Source of the DNA: Leucoraja erinacea
Lineage: Eukaryota
Direction of reading: 5' to 3'
Assembly: GCF_028641065.1 (NCBI RefSeq)
Contig: NC_073382.1
Location: 28,458,001 to 28,522,000, forward strand
Length of the DNA stretch: 64,000 nt
The notes under the pieces: model-generated
Seen by the model: the letters and a program-made list of their open reading frames with translations, nothing else
Database searches by the model: none
What the model was told of the DNA's origin: nothing
Shown: piece after piece, positions 24,058-37,177 of the stretch
How positions within the stretch are numbered: the first letter of the stretch is position 1
How the letters are laid out: every line of letters starts with the position of its first letter
Program-made: the position numbers and the translations under genes

Positions 24058-27000
24058 ATGTTCAACATTTGAAAGTGGAGTTTAAATCATATTGGTTGTA
24101 TGCAACATGGACAAACTTTCAAATTTGCTGGCCTTTATTCATTCTAATTTCCACATTGGGATGGTTATAGTTTTTTAATCCATGGTCTCGCAAAAGCCAA
24201 CTTCACAAGCAATCATTCACTTTGACAAAATAAGCAACACGTGATCTGTTCATCATGAATTCATTGGAATAATTACCTCCACATTGCAGCAATCCTATTC
24301 ATTGAAGGAAGAGAGCATTTAAAGTTAGTCCATGTCATCTGGTTTGTATTATCATTTGAGTATCTTCTCCAATTAACTGGTCTCCTCAAGAAGTATTTAA
24401 CTTGTTCCGCCGGTGCCTCGATCCAGCAGTTTGTCTGGAACAATGACGAATCTTAAATAATGCACAAAATATGGGACGTTGTGAGTCGATTAAACACCTG
24501 ATAGAATGAAGAGAGCCTAAATAGTTTCATTAATGACAACTGATTCATCACCTAACACATGATGAAAATCCACAGGTAAACCAGGTGAAAAATCTCTCAA
24601 AGTCAAGAGCAGGTTATTCACATTGTTCCACCACTCGTCTTGTTTTAACATGTCATAAGCAAATTCTTGCATATTTTTCTTTGGTAGAAGTGCAGATTTC
24701 TGAGTCTTCCTAACTTCATTTTTATGTAAAGTTTGTTCTACTCAAGTCAGGTTTGATGGTTTGCTATTTAATATGTCAGCATCATAGAAACAGTCCTCGG
24801 GAATATTGGAATAATGGCTATATTTAAATAAATAAATCAAGATAAGCTAGACACTGGACTTATTTGTGTATATTTTATGTGCATAAAGCTATATATTAAA
24901 AGCAACTGTTCTTAGCTTGGATCTTACCGGCCGGTCATTTAATGATTATTGGGTAATTTGCCTGGGTGCTCCATGAGCATTTCACCTATGTGTATTTGAC
25001 TTTTAATCAGCATCAGTTGTATGGATATTAACATCAATTTGTGCATAATGGCCATTTATTTCTTATTACCCAAGTAAATTGAGGCATAAAGCCGCAGTTA
25101 ATGAACTCTGATTAACACACAAGAAATAAAGAACAACTTCCACAGCAAATCGCCAACATTACATAAATTAAATAGTCCTGATAATGGCATTGAAGACTTG
25201 CTCACAACATCTGCTGAACTCATTCAATATGCACAAGCATAAGTATGTTTCTCAATTACCACACCACTATTATATTATGGGGTCTATGTGTAAGATACTG
25301 TGATCGCTGCCAAACTGAAGTGCCGTACTTTGCAGACAATCGTGGACACTTGTGGCAGAGGACTTAACTTGATCACCTTGGGGATGGCCACAAGCACTGG
25401 AGATTAATATTTCCCCTTCCTCCCCGTTTTCCCTCACCTCCATGAGAATATTTTTTGCAGCTGGCCTATGCCCGCCAAGGAGATACGTTCTTTACTCTGA
25501 TCACCTTCCCAGCTGTCATTTTGGCAACAGAGATGTCAGCTGTGAACTCTGCACACATCCCCTGAGAGGAAACACAGGAGTTCCCATTTTAGCCAGTGAA
25601 CTAGTATGCAAAATCTGGGAGTGCTACTTTTTAGCATATTTGCGTCAATTTAGTGAATTTGTTTTTAGATCTGCACATGAACCATGAGTGTAATATGCTG
25701 CACATCTTTGGTATACAAAATAATGTGAAACCCAATGTTTAGGCATATATATATATTTTAAGTTGAATGGATCTACTATAATTCAATAAGTCCAATTCAA
25801 CTTATTGTTTATTGGTGCAAACCATCTAATGTTGTATGAAACACACATTTGAAATTAATAGGGGAAATTCCCTTACGAAATTAGGGGGAAAGAGAAGAGC
25901 AGTAGAGTTAATTGAATAATTGAAGAACAGAAACATAATAGGTAAAGTGGGACAAACTGCTGTCTTTTGTGTGACACCCTTCCATAATTCATTGATCACT
26001 GACGTTTATTTTGCTTTTCATTCCTCTCAATGCATCCTAGTTCCACAGGCACTTATTGCCCAATGGTAACCCACTGAAGTGACCATTACACAGAGTGATG
26101 GTCACAGTGTGTTCAACTGTAGAAAACTTGAAAGACAAACATGAACTAATCTACACCCAATGTCATGTCCCACATTCAGTATAGGCTCAATTGCATATTA
26201 TCTTGAATAGAAGTCTTCCTATATATATGCGGACTATGACTAATGCCGATTAAATTAACTGAAACAAACTTGGGGCTTTCCTGATGCATGTAATTCTTTT
26301 TTTTTCTGATTGTATTAGATAAGCACATAAATCACCAACAACCTAAAAATAACTTCTTGTAGTACCTCCATGCTACATGACAGCAAAGGTTTAAAACATT
26401 TGGTACAAAACAAACTGCACTGGTACTTAAGTGGGTCAGCCATCTGGATGTGGTTATCTTGGCTCTGAAACTGGTTGCAATTTGACCTTTGACCCCACCA
26501 CTTGAATGATGAATAGCAATCTATGCCTGCCTTTGAGCAGAGTCATTCCAGGCCTTTCTCTAATGCCATTATCAATTGGAACATTTGGTAGTTCAACTTT
26601 CCAGCTGGCTCCACGTTGGGCTGAGTCTTGCAGTCAGCAACAAACCATCCATGTTTGTTGTGGGCTAGTTTCATACACATCTCGTGTCAATCCCTTGAGA
26701 CCAATTTTCAATGCAAGGCTGGCTTTGTCCCTTGTGGCATAGACATCCAGGAGTAATGCCCGCTCTGTGGAGAAGAGGTGGGAAGACGTTAGACAAGAAT
26801 AATCTCCACCCATGGAGATACTGAGATAACATTGACAGCTGGATAAACGTCCAGTGGGCTCTCAAAAGTTGGCGAACAATTCCAACACTCACCAATTATT
26901 AAAAATATATACAAGTTATCTTTTGTGTTTAAAAAAAAAAGATTTGAAAAGCCTTTAACAAGAATTATCTAAAATTATCTAAAACTTACAGCTCACCATC

Positions 27001-27064
27001 ACAGCCGTTCCTCTCCTTTCAACCAAATAGAAAGGATACGCTTGATGCAGGTTGTTCAGGTCAC

Positions 27065-27465
27065 AAGGACAAGCAAGGGAAGTACAGGCCAGTGAGCCTG
27101 ATGTCAATGGTGGGAAAATCATTGGATGGGATTCTTAGGGACATGATCTATCAGGATTTGGATAGGTACGGTCTGATTAGGGATAGTTAGCATGGCTTTG
27201 TGCCTGGGAAAGTGTGTCTCACAAATCTGGTAGAATGTTTCGAAGAGATCACCAAGAGATTGATGAGACCACGACAGTGGATTTTGTCCATATGAACTTT
27301 AACAAGGCTATTGACAAGGTCCCATATGGTAGGCTACTCTGGAAGAACAGATAGCAAAGAATCCAAGGTGAGCTGAACAATTGGATTCAGGATTGGCTTG
27401 AAGAAAGGAGTCAAAGGGTAGTTGTGTTTTTCTGATTGGAGGCATGTAATCAATTGAGTACCATA
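27065..27465 (+). mobile_element. CR1 RT fragment
   Basis: Decayed YRPVSLMS, HGFVPGKVCLTNL and DKVP motifs. Confidence 0.75.
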
Positions 27466-27509
27466 TGTGTAGGAATGAACTGCAGATGCTGGTTTAAACT
27501 GAAGATAGA
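27466..27509 (-). mobile_element. Penelope-like tail stub
   Basis: tgtgtaggaatgaactgcagatgctggtttaaactgaagataga, same family as 22930 and 56222. Confidence 0.7.
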
Positions 27510-28535
27510 TGGTTAGGGTGGGAGGGGTCTTTGATGATCTTCCCGGCCCGTCTCAGACACCGTTTTTGGTGGAGGGCATCCATGGCAGGGAGCGGGACAC
27601 CGATGATGTACTGAGCGATTTTCACCACCCGTTGTAGTGCCTTCCTGTCCGCTATGGTGCAACTGCTGTACCATACCGTGAAGCAAGTGGTCAGGATGCT
27701 TTCGATGGTACAGCGGTAAAAGTTGGTCAGGATCTGGGGGGACAGGTGAGCTCTCTTGAGCCTCCTCAGGAAGTAAAGGCGCTGCTGTGCCTTTTTGATC
27801 AGCTTGGAGGTGTTGAGGGACCAGACAGATCCTTCGAGATGTGTACCCCGAGGAATTTGTAGTTGGAGACGCGCTCCACCTCAGTCCCGTTTATATGGAT
27901 GGGGGTATGTCTGCCCCCTCTGTTCTTCCTGAAGTCAACAATAATTTCCTTCGTCTTCTTGGAGTTGAGGAGAAGGTTATTGTTGGCACACCAGGTTGTC
28001 AGGTGCTGGACCTCCTCCCTGTAGGCTGACTCGTCATTGTCACTGATCAGTCCTACCACCGTGGTGTCATCGGCAAGTTTATTGATGGCGTTGGAGCCAT
28101 TGTTAGGGATGCAGTCATGGGTGAAGAGGGAGTAGAGGAGAGGGCTGCGCACACAGCCCTGTGGCACGCCGGTGTTCAGTGTTATGGTGGAGGAGGTGAG
28201 GTTGTTGACCCTAACAGACTGTGGTCTGTTGGTGAGGAAATCCAGTGTCCAATTGCAGAGGGAGGTGGAGATGCCAAGTCCACTGAGTTTGGTGATCAAG
28301 CTGGCAGGGATGACAGTGTTAAAGGCAGAGCTGAAATCAATGAACAGCAACCTGATGTAGGTGTTATTGCTGTCCAGGTGGGCCAGGGCAGAGAGTAGGG
28401 CCGCCGATATGGCGTCCTCTGTAGACCTGTTGGTCCGGTAGGCAAACTGATGGGGGTCCAGTGTGGGGGGGAGGCTGGCGTTGAGGTGAGCCAAGATCAG
28501 CCACTCAAAGCTCTTTGCAATGACAGGGGACTGAT
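27510..28535 (-). mobile_element. Rex1/Babar LINE RT
   Basis: ORF 27799-28554: [42 protein letters not shown]. Confidence 0.93.
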
Positions 28536-28539
28536 GCAA

Positions 28540-29152
28540 TTGTAAAGAAGGCACATCAGCGATTCTACTTCCTGAGAAGATTAAGGAGATTCGGCATGTC
28601 GAAGAAGATTCTCCTAAACTTCTACAGGTGCATGGTAGAGAGCATTCTGATTGGTTGCATCATGGCCTGATTCGGCAACTTGAACATCCAGGAGCGAAAA
28701 AGACTACAAAAAGTTGTGACCAATGCCCAGTCCATCACCGGCTTTGACCTCCCCACCGTCGAAGGGATCTGTCGTAGTCGCTACCTCAAAAAGGCAGCCA
28801 ACATCATCAAGGACCCACACCACCCTGGCCACACACTCATCTCACCATTGCCATCAGGAAGAAGGTACAGGAGCCTGAAAACTGTAACGTCCAGGTTCAG
28901 AAACAGCTTCTTCCCTACAGCCATCAGGCTATTAAACACAACAATGAATAAGCTATGAGCTCTGAACTGCAAAAGACTATATTAATATTTGTTATTTGCA
29001 CTATATTTGTTATTTATTGAACTTTTTCTTTTTTCCCCTTTATATACAATGCTTACATATTCACATATTCTGTTGTGCTGCAGCAAGTAAGAATTTCATT
29101 GTCCCATCAGGAACATATGATAATAAAACACTCTTGGCTCTCTTGACTCTTG
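28540..29152 (+). mobile_element. Rex1/Babar LINE 3' end
   Basis: IIKDPHHPGHTLISPLPSGRRYRS...RFRNSFFP; (ctcttga)n tail. Confidence 0.9.
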
Positions 29153-29154
29153 AC

Positions 29155-29855
29155 AGTCAATGGTAGAGCCATGGAGGGTTATGCTGAATAGTGAGATGTG
29201 GGAGTAAAGTTGCAGCTCCCTAAAGTTGGCAAGTAAAATGAACAGCGTGGTGAAGAAGGCATTTGGTGCACGTGCCTTCATTGGGAAAGGTATTAAGTAC
29301 AAAAAATGTAACGTCATGATGCAGTTGTACAAGTCATTGGTGAGACCACACTTGGCATATTGTGCATACCTCGGCACACCAGCTATTGGAAGGATGTCAT
29401 TAAGTTAGAAAAGGCGTAAAAGAGATTCACCATGATGTTACTTGGATTTGTGGGCTTTAGTTATAGGCTGGGACTTTTTTTGTATGGGGGGTGTAGGAGG
29501 CTAAGGAGTGATCTTATTGAGGTGTACAAGAACGTAAGAGGCAGAGACAAGTAAACACTCATATTTTATTTTCCCTGGGTGGAGGATTGAAAAACTAGAG
29601 TATATAGGCTTAACGTCAAAGAGGAGAAATTTAAGAGGGACCTGAGGGGCAACCTTTCACTCAGAGGGGAACCCGAATCTGGAATAAGCTGCCAGAGGAA
29701 GCTGAAAAATGCTGACTAATTTATGGACTAAATGCGGACATATGGAATTAGTCCAATACACTTACTTGGCATAGAGGGGGAAGGGGGGGGGGGGGGGGGG
29801 GGGGGGGTGGGGGCCTTGACTTTGTTAATGCTGTTCTATATTGTTTAATTCTATC
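29155..29855 (+). mobile_element. old CR1 3' fragment with internal poly-G
   Basis: VVKKAFG...LYKSLVRPHLAYC. Confidence 0.75.
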
Positions 29856-30740
29856 ATTCTATGCAAAATCTGATCCTTGATGTTAACAGTGACTTATCCC
29901 AGTCTAGGCCAGCTATAACTTCCTCCTGCTATTGCTACCGCTAATCATGTTAAAATATTATTAAATTTAAAGGTTATTTGCATTTTGAACATACAAGCAT
30001 ATATGCAAAAATTAACATTTGGAATAAAATTATCAGTAGAACGGTAGATTTCCATATACATTGAGAACAGATCACAACAAGCAGTCTTGATGCAATTGAG
30101 GCATAAAAATATTGTCTCCAAATACAATCTTGCCAAGTAAACCAGACTGCAAATCCAACCAAAACTTTCATTAAGCATAGAACTATCAAATTTCATAGAT
30201 ATGGAGCATTAATGCAAAATCTCATTTTTGAAAACTATAAACTAGTGTCATGGGGTTCAAAAATTACATTTACTTTCATTCTGTTTTCTTAAAATATTAT
30301 GCCTTTTAACTTCACTTTGCCAAATTTCCAAACATTGAAAAGGATTCTGAATAGAGATTCAATGTACTTTAATTGTCATATTCAAAGGTTTTGTTCCATA
30401 TCTAATATGGCCAAACTGTTCATGTCAAATCTATATAAAATACAGATGCATTAATTACATCTATCACAAATTCAACACCATTCACCCAAAAACTAATGAT
30501 GATTCAAACTGTATTGCATGATCATTTTGGATATGCTGATTAGGAGTTCTCAATTGAAATGATGTACACTTTCAGTCGAATCATGATGGATTAGCTATCA
30601 GTAGTGATTACAGTATCTAGACACCATGAAGTTTTGTTGTACTGAAATAATTAAGAAAGTTAAATAGAATGTAAGAAACAGAAAATAAGAACAGGATTAG
30701 GCATACAGGTCCTCAACCCATTGCCACCATACAATAAGTT

Positions 30741-30862
30741 GGAAGAAGGGTCTCGACCAGATACATTACCCATCCCTTCTCTCCAGAGATGCTGCCTGTC
30801 CCGCTGAGTTACTTTTTATGTCAATCTTCGGTTTAAACTAGCATCTGCAGTTCCTTCTTATA
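30741..30862 (+). mobile_element. Penelope-like short insert
   Basis: 13-bp near-TSD catacaataagtt / catacaattagtt (30728-30740 / 30863-30875); begins inside the hammerhead core (gaagaagggtctcgacc). Confidence 0.78.
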
Positions 30863-31124
30863 CATACAATTAGTTTGTGACTGTTCTGATCCGTCGTCTC
30901 AAATCTATTTTCTTAACTGATCCCCATTACTCCAAACTCCCACCATTAGCCCTCTCTGCACCCTCAATTAAAAATCTGTCTAACTGGTCCATGAATAGTT
31001 CGTTCCCAACGTTATCTGATATGGAGGATTCCAAATATTTCTCACCTCCAGAGAATAATTTCTGGTCCTTTACAATGAGGATATTGCCAGGACTCATGGG
31101 TGTGAGATAAAGGGAGAGGTTGTG

Positions 31125-31825
31125 TGGACCAGCACATAATTTCTTGGACCACAGGAGGCTGAGGAGGGATGTTACAGAAGTGTATAAAATAATGAGGGGA
31201 ATAGTTAGGGTGAATGTGAAAAGTCATGGGTTTTTTTTACAGTTCAGTTGTGTACCGAGGTACAGTGAAAAAAAATTGTCCCATGCTAAACAATTGAGCC
31301 ATTTATAGTGTATAGGTACATGATAATGGAATGATGTTTAGTGCAAGATAATGCCCCTGTCCCACTTAGGAAACCTGAATGGAAACCTCTGGAGACTTTG
31401 CGCCCCACTCAAGTTTTTCGTGTGGTCCCCGGGGGTTCCTGGAGTTTTTTTTCAGTCTCCCTACCTGCTTCCACTACCTGCAACATCTGGAAACCACGTG
31501 CAACCTCCGGGAACTGCACGGAAACCTTGGGTGGGGCGCAAAGTCTCCAGATGTTTCCGTTCAGGTTTCCTAAGTGGGACAGGGGCATAAAGCCAGCAAA
31601 GTCCGATCAAGGATAATCTGAGGGTCACCAATGAGGTTAATAATAGTTCAGGTCTGCTCTCTGGTTGTGGATAGTACAAGAAGTACCTGGAAAGATACAT
31701 AGATAGGAAAGGTTTTGTGGTATATGGGCCAAACGGGCAAGTGGAGCAAGTGTAGATGGGCATCTTGGTTGGAATGGACAAGTTGGGCAAATGGTCTGTT
31801 TCCATGCTGCATGACTCTACAAACT
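31125..31825 (+). mobile_element. CR1 3' fragment interrupted by an antisense Rex1-type tail that hosts a MITE
   Basis: RRLRRDVTEVYKIMRGI at about 31150; CR1 tail at about 31680-31820; intervening sequence similar to 42690-42950. Confidence 0.6.
31352..31587. mobile_element. Tourist-like (PIF/Harbinger) MITE
   Basis: TIR tgcccctgtcccacttaggaaacctgaa... extending about 90 bp imperfectly; TAA TSD at 31349-31351 and 31588-31590. Confidence 0.92.
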
Positions 31826-32014
31826 ACATGACTCGTTATTGTCAGACACGTTATACAGAAATTATGCCACATAGTTCTATGTTCCCATTCAAGTGAGCAT
31901 CTACTTTGTCAGGTATCCTTGGAATTTTAAACATTCCAATAAGATCATCATTCAGTCCTCTAAACTCCAGTGAGTATAGGTCCAAGATGCTCCACTCAAA
32001 CTTAGAAACCAATT

Positions 32015-32875
32015 AATAATAATAAAACATTTTATTTATAGGCGCCTTTCAGGACTCTCAATGACACTTTACAGATTAAAACAAGCAAATTACAAACATA
32101 TAAACAAAATGAAACCAAGGAAAAATAGTAGGGACATCAACAATACACAATTCAAAGAAAGAGCAGCGGCAGCTAATCGCGCCAGTATTCACTCTCACTT
32201 CCGGCAGCCATCTTGGAAACAGAACAATCAAAACACACTTTAACATGAACATCCACCACAGTGACTCCTACACACTCCTCAATGTGGTGGAAGGTGAAAT
32301 AAAGTTCAAGTCCTTCCCCTAGCTTTTCCTCGGTCGTGGACCTCGTGCCGCCGTTGACGGGACGATCTTGACTCCCGTAGCCAGTGGCATTTGGGCCCTC
32401 CACGTCGAGGCAATCCGCTCCCGCATTGGGGGGATGTCAGGTGATCGAACTTTGCGTTGGTGCTGGTCGAGCCTTCCGCCATCAACCTACCCTTGGAGCC
32501 CCCTGCTCGGCCTCACCCGAGACTGCGAGCCCTTGATATTAAAGTTCGCGGTGGTCGCGGTGGGAGCGATCCCAGGCAAGGTATCGGCTCCGATGTTAAG
32601 TCCACGCCCCGTGGTGGGGCTCACGACAGTCCGAGAAAGCCTCCAGCTCCAGCGATGGTAGGCCGCAGAGCCCGGAGAATGTGATCCGAAAAATAATCAC
32701 ATCTCCGGCAAGGTAAGAACCTGAAAAAGTGTTCCCTGATTCCCTCCCTCCTCCTCCCACATAAAAAAACCAAAGAATATTAAAACATACTTCTAACAAA
32801 CCAAAAAAATAACAAAAAGAGTGAAAAGACAAACAGACTGCCGGTAGGGCTCCAATCTCCCCGTGGCCACGCCCC
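32015..32875 (-). mobile_element. CpG-rich non-autonomous element with L2-type 3' tail
   Basis: Minus-strand tail gtaaagtgtcattgagagtcctgaaaggcgcctataaataaaatg...tattatt; candidate TSD ccaatt (32009-32014 / 32876-32881). Confidence 0.7.
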
Positions 32876-33151
32876 CCAATTCCTCTATCCCAAGAGTCCA
32901 CTCAACTGAACCTTCTCTGAATGGTATATAGTCATAGATTACTGATTATTGTCAACATAATGCTTATGAAAATAATTTCTTCCAAAATAAACTGCTAATG
33001 CAGGCCTGTATTTACTTTATTGTTTTAAGCCGCTCATAAATTTGATTGGCACTCTGAGAAACCACTCATCTTATGATCATGGAGCACTGCCTAAGAACTT
33101 GGACCATGTGTCCTGCAGACAATGTCAGCTATGGTCCAGTATGAACAAGTT

Positions 33152-34123
33152 ATAATAATAATAATACATTTTATTTTTGGGCGCCTTTCAGAAATCTCAA
33201 GGACACCTTACATCATTTAACAAGAGTAATAAAACATATTATCGGAATAAAATAAATAAAAGACATCACAGAAACACAAATTAAAAACAAAATTCAGTCC
33301 AAAAACAGAAAAATCAAAAACAAAATGTGAAGAGAGAGCAGCGGCAGCTAAAGCGCGCCAGCGTCCACTCTCCCTTCCGACAGCCATCTTGGACACAGAC
33401 CAACAGATTCACTTACAGACAAAAAATCATCCCCCCACAATGGTTGCCACTGTGGGGGAAGGCACAAAATCCAGTCCCCACCCCCAGTTCACTCAAAGTC
33501 AGGCCTATTGAGGCCACCGCAATTGCCTCTACGGAGGCTCGATGTTCCTGGCCGTGCTCACCAGGTGGTGTTGCCCCAGCGTCGGGAGAGTCCTCTCAGC
33601 GGCTGGGCCACCTGGAACGGCCGCTTCCTGACTGGGGACCGCGGCTTCCGAAGCCGACAAGGACGCGCCGGTTTGGAGCTCCCAGGCTCCCGATGTTAGA
33701 GTCGGTGCCGCCTCCTCCGCTCCGCAGACCCGCAGCCCGGAGGTGTTGATCTCGGCGGTCACATCTCACCGGAGCTCCAGCGCGTTGATCCAGCGCGGCG
33801 ACCCAGGCAAGGCATCGCCCGCTCCGCTCCGTGAAAGCGCCCCAGCGCTGTGCCGCCACCGAAGCCGAGGTGCTGGGCGGTCCCCGCCAGGAAACGGCGC
33901 TCCAAGCCCGCTGGTAGGCCACGAGGACGGGTCGCGGGCAGCCTGGAGAAAAAGCTGCCTCACCGACCAGGTAGGGACCTAGAAGTAGAACTGCTCCCTA
34001 CCCCCCACATTAAAAAGTCATTTCTCCAACGGACGAAACACAAGACTAACTCAAAAGTTCAAAAAAAAAGCTAATTAAACGGACGGCTGCTGGTTAGCAG
34101 CCGTTCCCCAAGATGGCTCCTCC
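33152..34123 (-). mobile_element. second CpG-rich non-autonomous element with L2-type 3' tail
   Basis: Tail gtaaggtgtccttgagatttctgaaaggcgcc...aaataaaatg(tat)n; shares the gagagcagcggcagctaa...cagccatcttgg block with 32015-32875. Confidence 0.7.
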
Positions 34124-34767
34124 AGAATGTGAGGCTAAAGTTCCTGTTTCCATGCTGTTTGTTACTATGATTCTTTAACATCCCATGATAATGTGCTTAG
34201 CTGTGCTGCATTCTCCTGTGTGACCCGTAAGGGAAGTAGATTAAGCACACAACTACATCCTTCACCAATCCCCCTGCATGAAAATTAGTATCCATTATTT
34301 CCTGATCTCCAATACTTCTAACCCCCACTTTCACACATCCCTCCCATTTCACCATCTTCCTAACCACATTTCCTGTAATTTCTGACCAATGTTGTCCCTT
34401 CAACTTCGTGACTGCTATCTATCGTAATCTCCTTCAATTGTCAGTTCCATCCCATCTTCCATCCTGCAGCTTTACCTGTTGTCCACTCTCTGGTCGATGT
34501 CCCTGCTCCTACTGGCCATGCCCTGACCTTTAATCCCTAACCCCATCTTCTCGCCACAACAACTGCTGGCTCTGATTCCATCCATTATTAAATAATTTGC
34601 CTGCTCTCGATCCCTTTATCCTACTCATAATCTATTCTCCCACCCTTGCCCAAAAAACTCTTGACTCTGTTCAGCCCCTCTCCTTGCACTCTCAAAGACA
34701 CTGAAGATGTTTACGCCTCCCTCAGCCATCTCCCTCCATGAATAATATGTCTGCTTGATCCTTCCCA

Positions 34768-35045
34768 GAAACATAGAAAGTAGGTACAGAAGTAGGCCAT
34801 TTGGCCCATCGAGCCAGCACCACCATTCAATATGATCATGGCTGATCATCCAAAATTATTACCCCGTTCCAGCTTTTACCCATATCCCTTGATTCCCTTA
34901 GCTCTAAGAGCTAAATCAAACTCTCTTGAAAATATCCAGTGAATTGGCCTCTACTGCCTTCTGTGACAGAGAATTCCACAGATTCCCAACTCTCTGGGTG
35001 AAAAGGTTTTTCCTCATCTCAGTTCTAAATGGCCTACCCCTTAAC
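34768..35045 (-). mobile_element. CR1 3' end
   Basis: FRTEMRKNLFTQRVGNLWNSLSQ plus 3' UTR. Confidence 0.88.
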
Positions 35046-35059
35046 CTGTGTCTTAAACT

Positions 35060-35310
35060 GTGACACAAAATGCTGGAGTAACTTAGCGGGTCAGTCATCA
35101 TCTCTGGAGCGAAGGAATAAGTTGGAGAGAAGGAGTGTGTGAAGTTTCGGGTTGAGACACTTTTTCAGACTGATGTCAGGAGAGTGTGTGGGAGAAAGAT
35201 AGAATGCAGTCGGAGACAGTAAGGCTAGTGGGAGAACTGGGGAGGGGGAAGGGATGGAGAGAGAAAGCAACGGCTATCTGAATTTAGAGGTCAATGTTCA
35301 TACCGCTGGG
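35060..35310 (-). mobile_element. Penelope-like 3' end inserted in CR1
   Basis: Minus strand PSGMNID ORF end, then gtctgaaaaagtgtctcaacccgaaacttca (decayed hammerhead) and tail. Confidence 0.78.
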
Positions 35311-35755
35311 TCTCCACGCTCCCCTGTAAACTGACCCAGACTCCACTCCCGCAAAATATATTCTTACAACTGTGGGCCCCTGGTTCTGGACGCGCCAACT
35401 CCCCTCAACCCCCTGACCATGACAGACGAAAAACATCATTCCCCTCTGCAGCCTACCTCACATTCCCCAATCCTCTAAGAATTTGTCCCGGAAGATTGTT
35501 TCTATGAGATCACCTCTTTCATCTTTCTCCCATCCTAAATCCTCCCTAGCGATGTACAAGACCCTCAGTCGACCCCGTTCTTTCATCATTTTCTCCAGGT
35601 CAGTCCCCCCCTCATCCCCAGGAATTAACCTGGTGAACCTCACGCTGCCGTTCTTCCTCAATAGCATAAAGCTCCTTCCCTCATAACTTAGGAGACCAAA
35701 TTGCACCCCAATACTCCAGGTGCAGTCTCACCAGGACCCAGTACAACTGCAATTG
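35310..35755 (-). mobile_element. CR1 continuation, indel-rich
   Basis: RFTRLIPG and LIET remnants with dense indels. Confidence 0.7.
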
Positions 35756-36257
35756 ACTTTTGTGACTATCTTTTCTTATTTTGCCAGTTCCAATTTCCTC
35801 CTGTGGCCACAGCCACACCCCACACCAAACAGTCATAGGGTTTTGATTCCATTCCTAACTATAGCATCCCTTCTATTGCTGCCACCTCCTCTGAATCCTG
35901 AGCTACCAAAACAATGCCCTGGGAATAGGAGAAACTGGAAGCAAGGCTTCACACTTGAAAATGTCCAATATTGGTTCTAATGGAATGTGTGGGTCATTGT
36001 GGTGACAGTTGAACTATTGATGGCAATTGTTTGTATAGTATGGCATTACAAAATGAGTGAGAATGCACCCACAATGGGAGGGGATGCATATTGGAGGGCT
36101 GTAATGCAAACAAGTTGGCTTGCATGTGTTCTTCAGTCTGATCTGAAAATATAGTTTGTACAAATTCAGGAGATTTGTAAATTAATTTGAAACATTCTGA
36201 CCACATTTTAATTTGATTGCCATTTGATCTAATGGAAGGTACTACTTGATACAGCAA

Positions 36258-37110
36258 TTATGGCATGTGTACGGAACGGGCAGGAGGAGGAATACAGGAA
36301 CTTGACCAGTTCCTTTTGTGCCTGGAGTGAAGAGAACTGTCTCATCCTGAACACAACTAAGACTAAAGAGATGGTGGTTAACTTTGGCAGGTCCAAGCTC
36401 CCCTTTCAGCCGGTCAACGCTGCTGGGGCTGACATTGAGGTGGTGCAGACATATAAATACCTTGTAGTGCACCTTGATAACAAACTGGACTAGTCTGTCA
36501 ACTCTGACTTCCTCTACAAAAAAGGCCAGAGCAGACTCTTTTTCCTCAGAAGGCTCAAATCCTTCAATATGTGTAATGACATGCTGCACATGTTTTACAA
36601 CACTGTGGTTGCAAGTGTTATTTTCTACGCTGTTGTCTGCTGGGGCAACGGCATTAGTGCAAAAAACACCAAGAAGCTGGTCAAACTGGTTAAACGAGCT
36701 AGCTCAGTGCTGGAGGGGAGAGTAGACTCTGGGATGGATGTGCTTGAGAGTCGTATGAGGCACAAGGTACAGGTCATCCTGAAAAACCCCGGGCACCCCC
36801 TCCATGTAATTCTGGAGAGTCAAAAGAGCACTCGGAACAACAACCGGCTCCTCTCCCTGCCCTGTAGAACGGAGCGGTTCAGGAGATCCTTCACCCCTGC
36901 AGACATTAGATTTTATAATTCGGACCGCTGGGCTGTAGGGGGATGCATTCTTGCAATTTTTAATTTTTAATTGTTAATTATTGGTCTTTTTAAGTATTTA
37001 TTGCTCTCAGTTTATTCTATGTATTTTCTGTCTGCGTTCGTTTTGAATCTGTGGGTTTGTTGGTTGGGGGCTTCTGGACATCAGAATTTCCCCTGAGGGG
37101 ATCAATAATG

Positions 37111-37157
<47 letters not shown>
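36258..37157 (+). mobile_element. Rex1/Babar LINE 3' part with (TTA)n tail
   Basis: KTKEMVVNFGR, YKYLVVHLDNKLD, FYAVVCWG, CRTERFRRSF. Confidence 0.9.

Positions 37158-37177
<20 letters not shown>

Noticed and set aside
26671-27010. Minus-strand GTGAG donor sites and a short ORF
   Set aside because: No matching acceptor, open exon or recognisable peptide.
27510-29152. Possible twin-priming inversion of one LINE
   Set aside because: The two opposed Rex1 pieces cover overlapping homologous regions with different sequences, so they are separate insertions.
33327-34074. Cluster of overlapping ORFs / apparent CpG-island promoter
   Set aside because: GC-rich interior of an L2-tailed repeat; stop codons are scarce because of composition; no host gene features.
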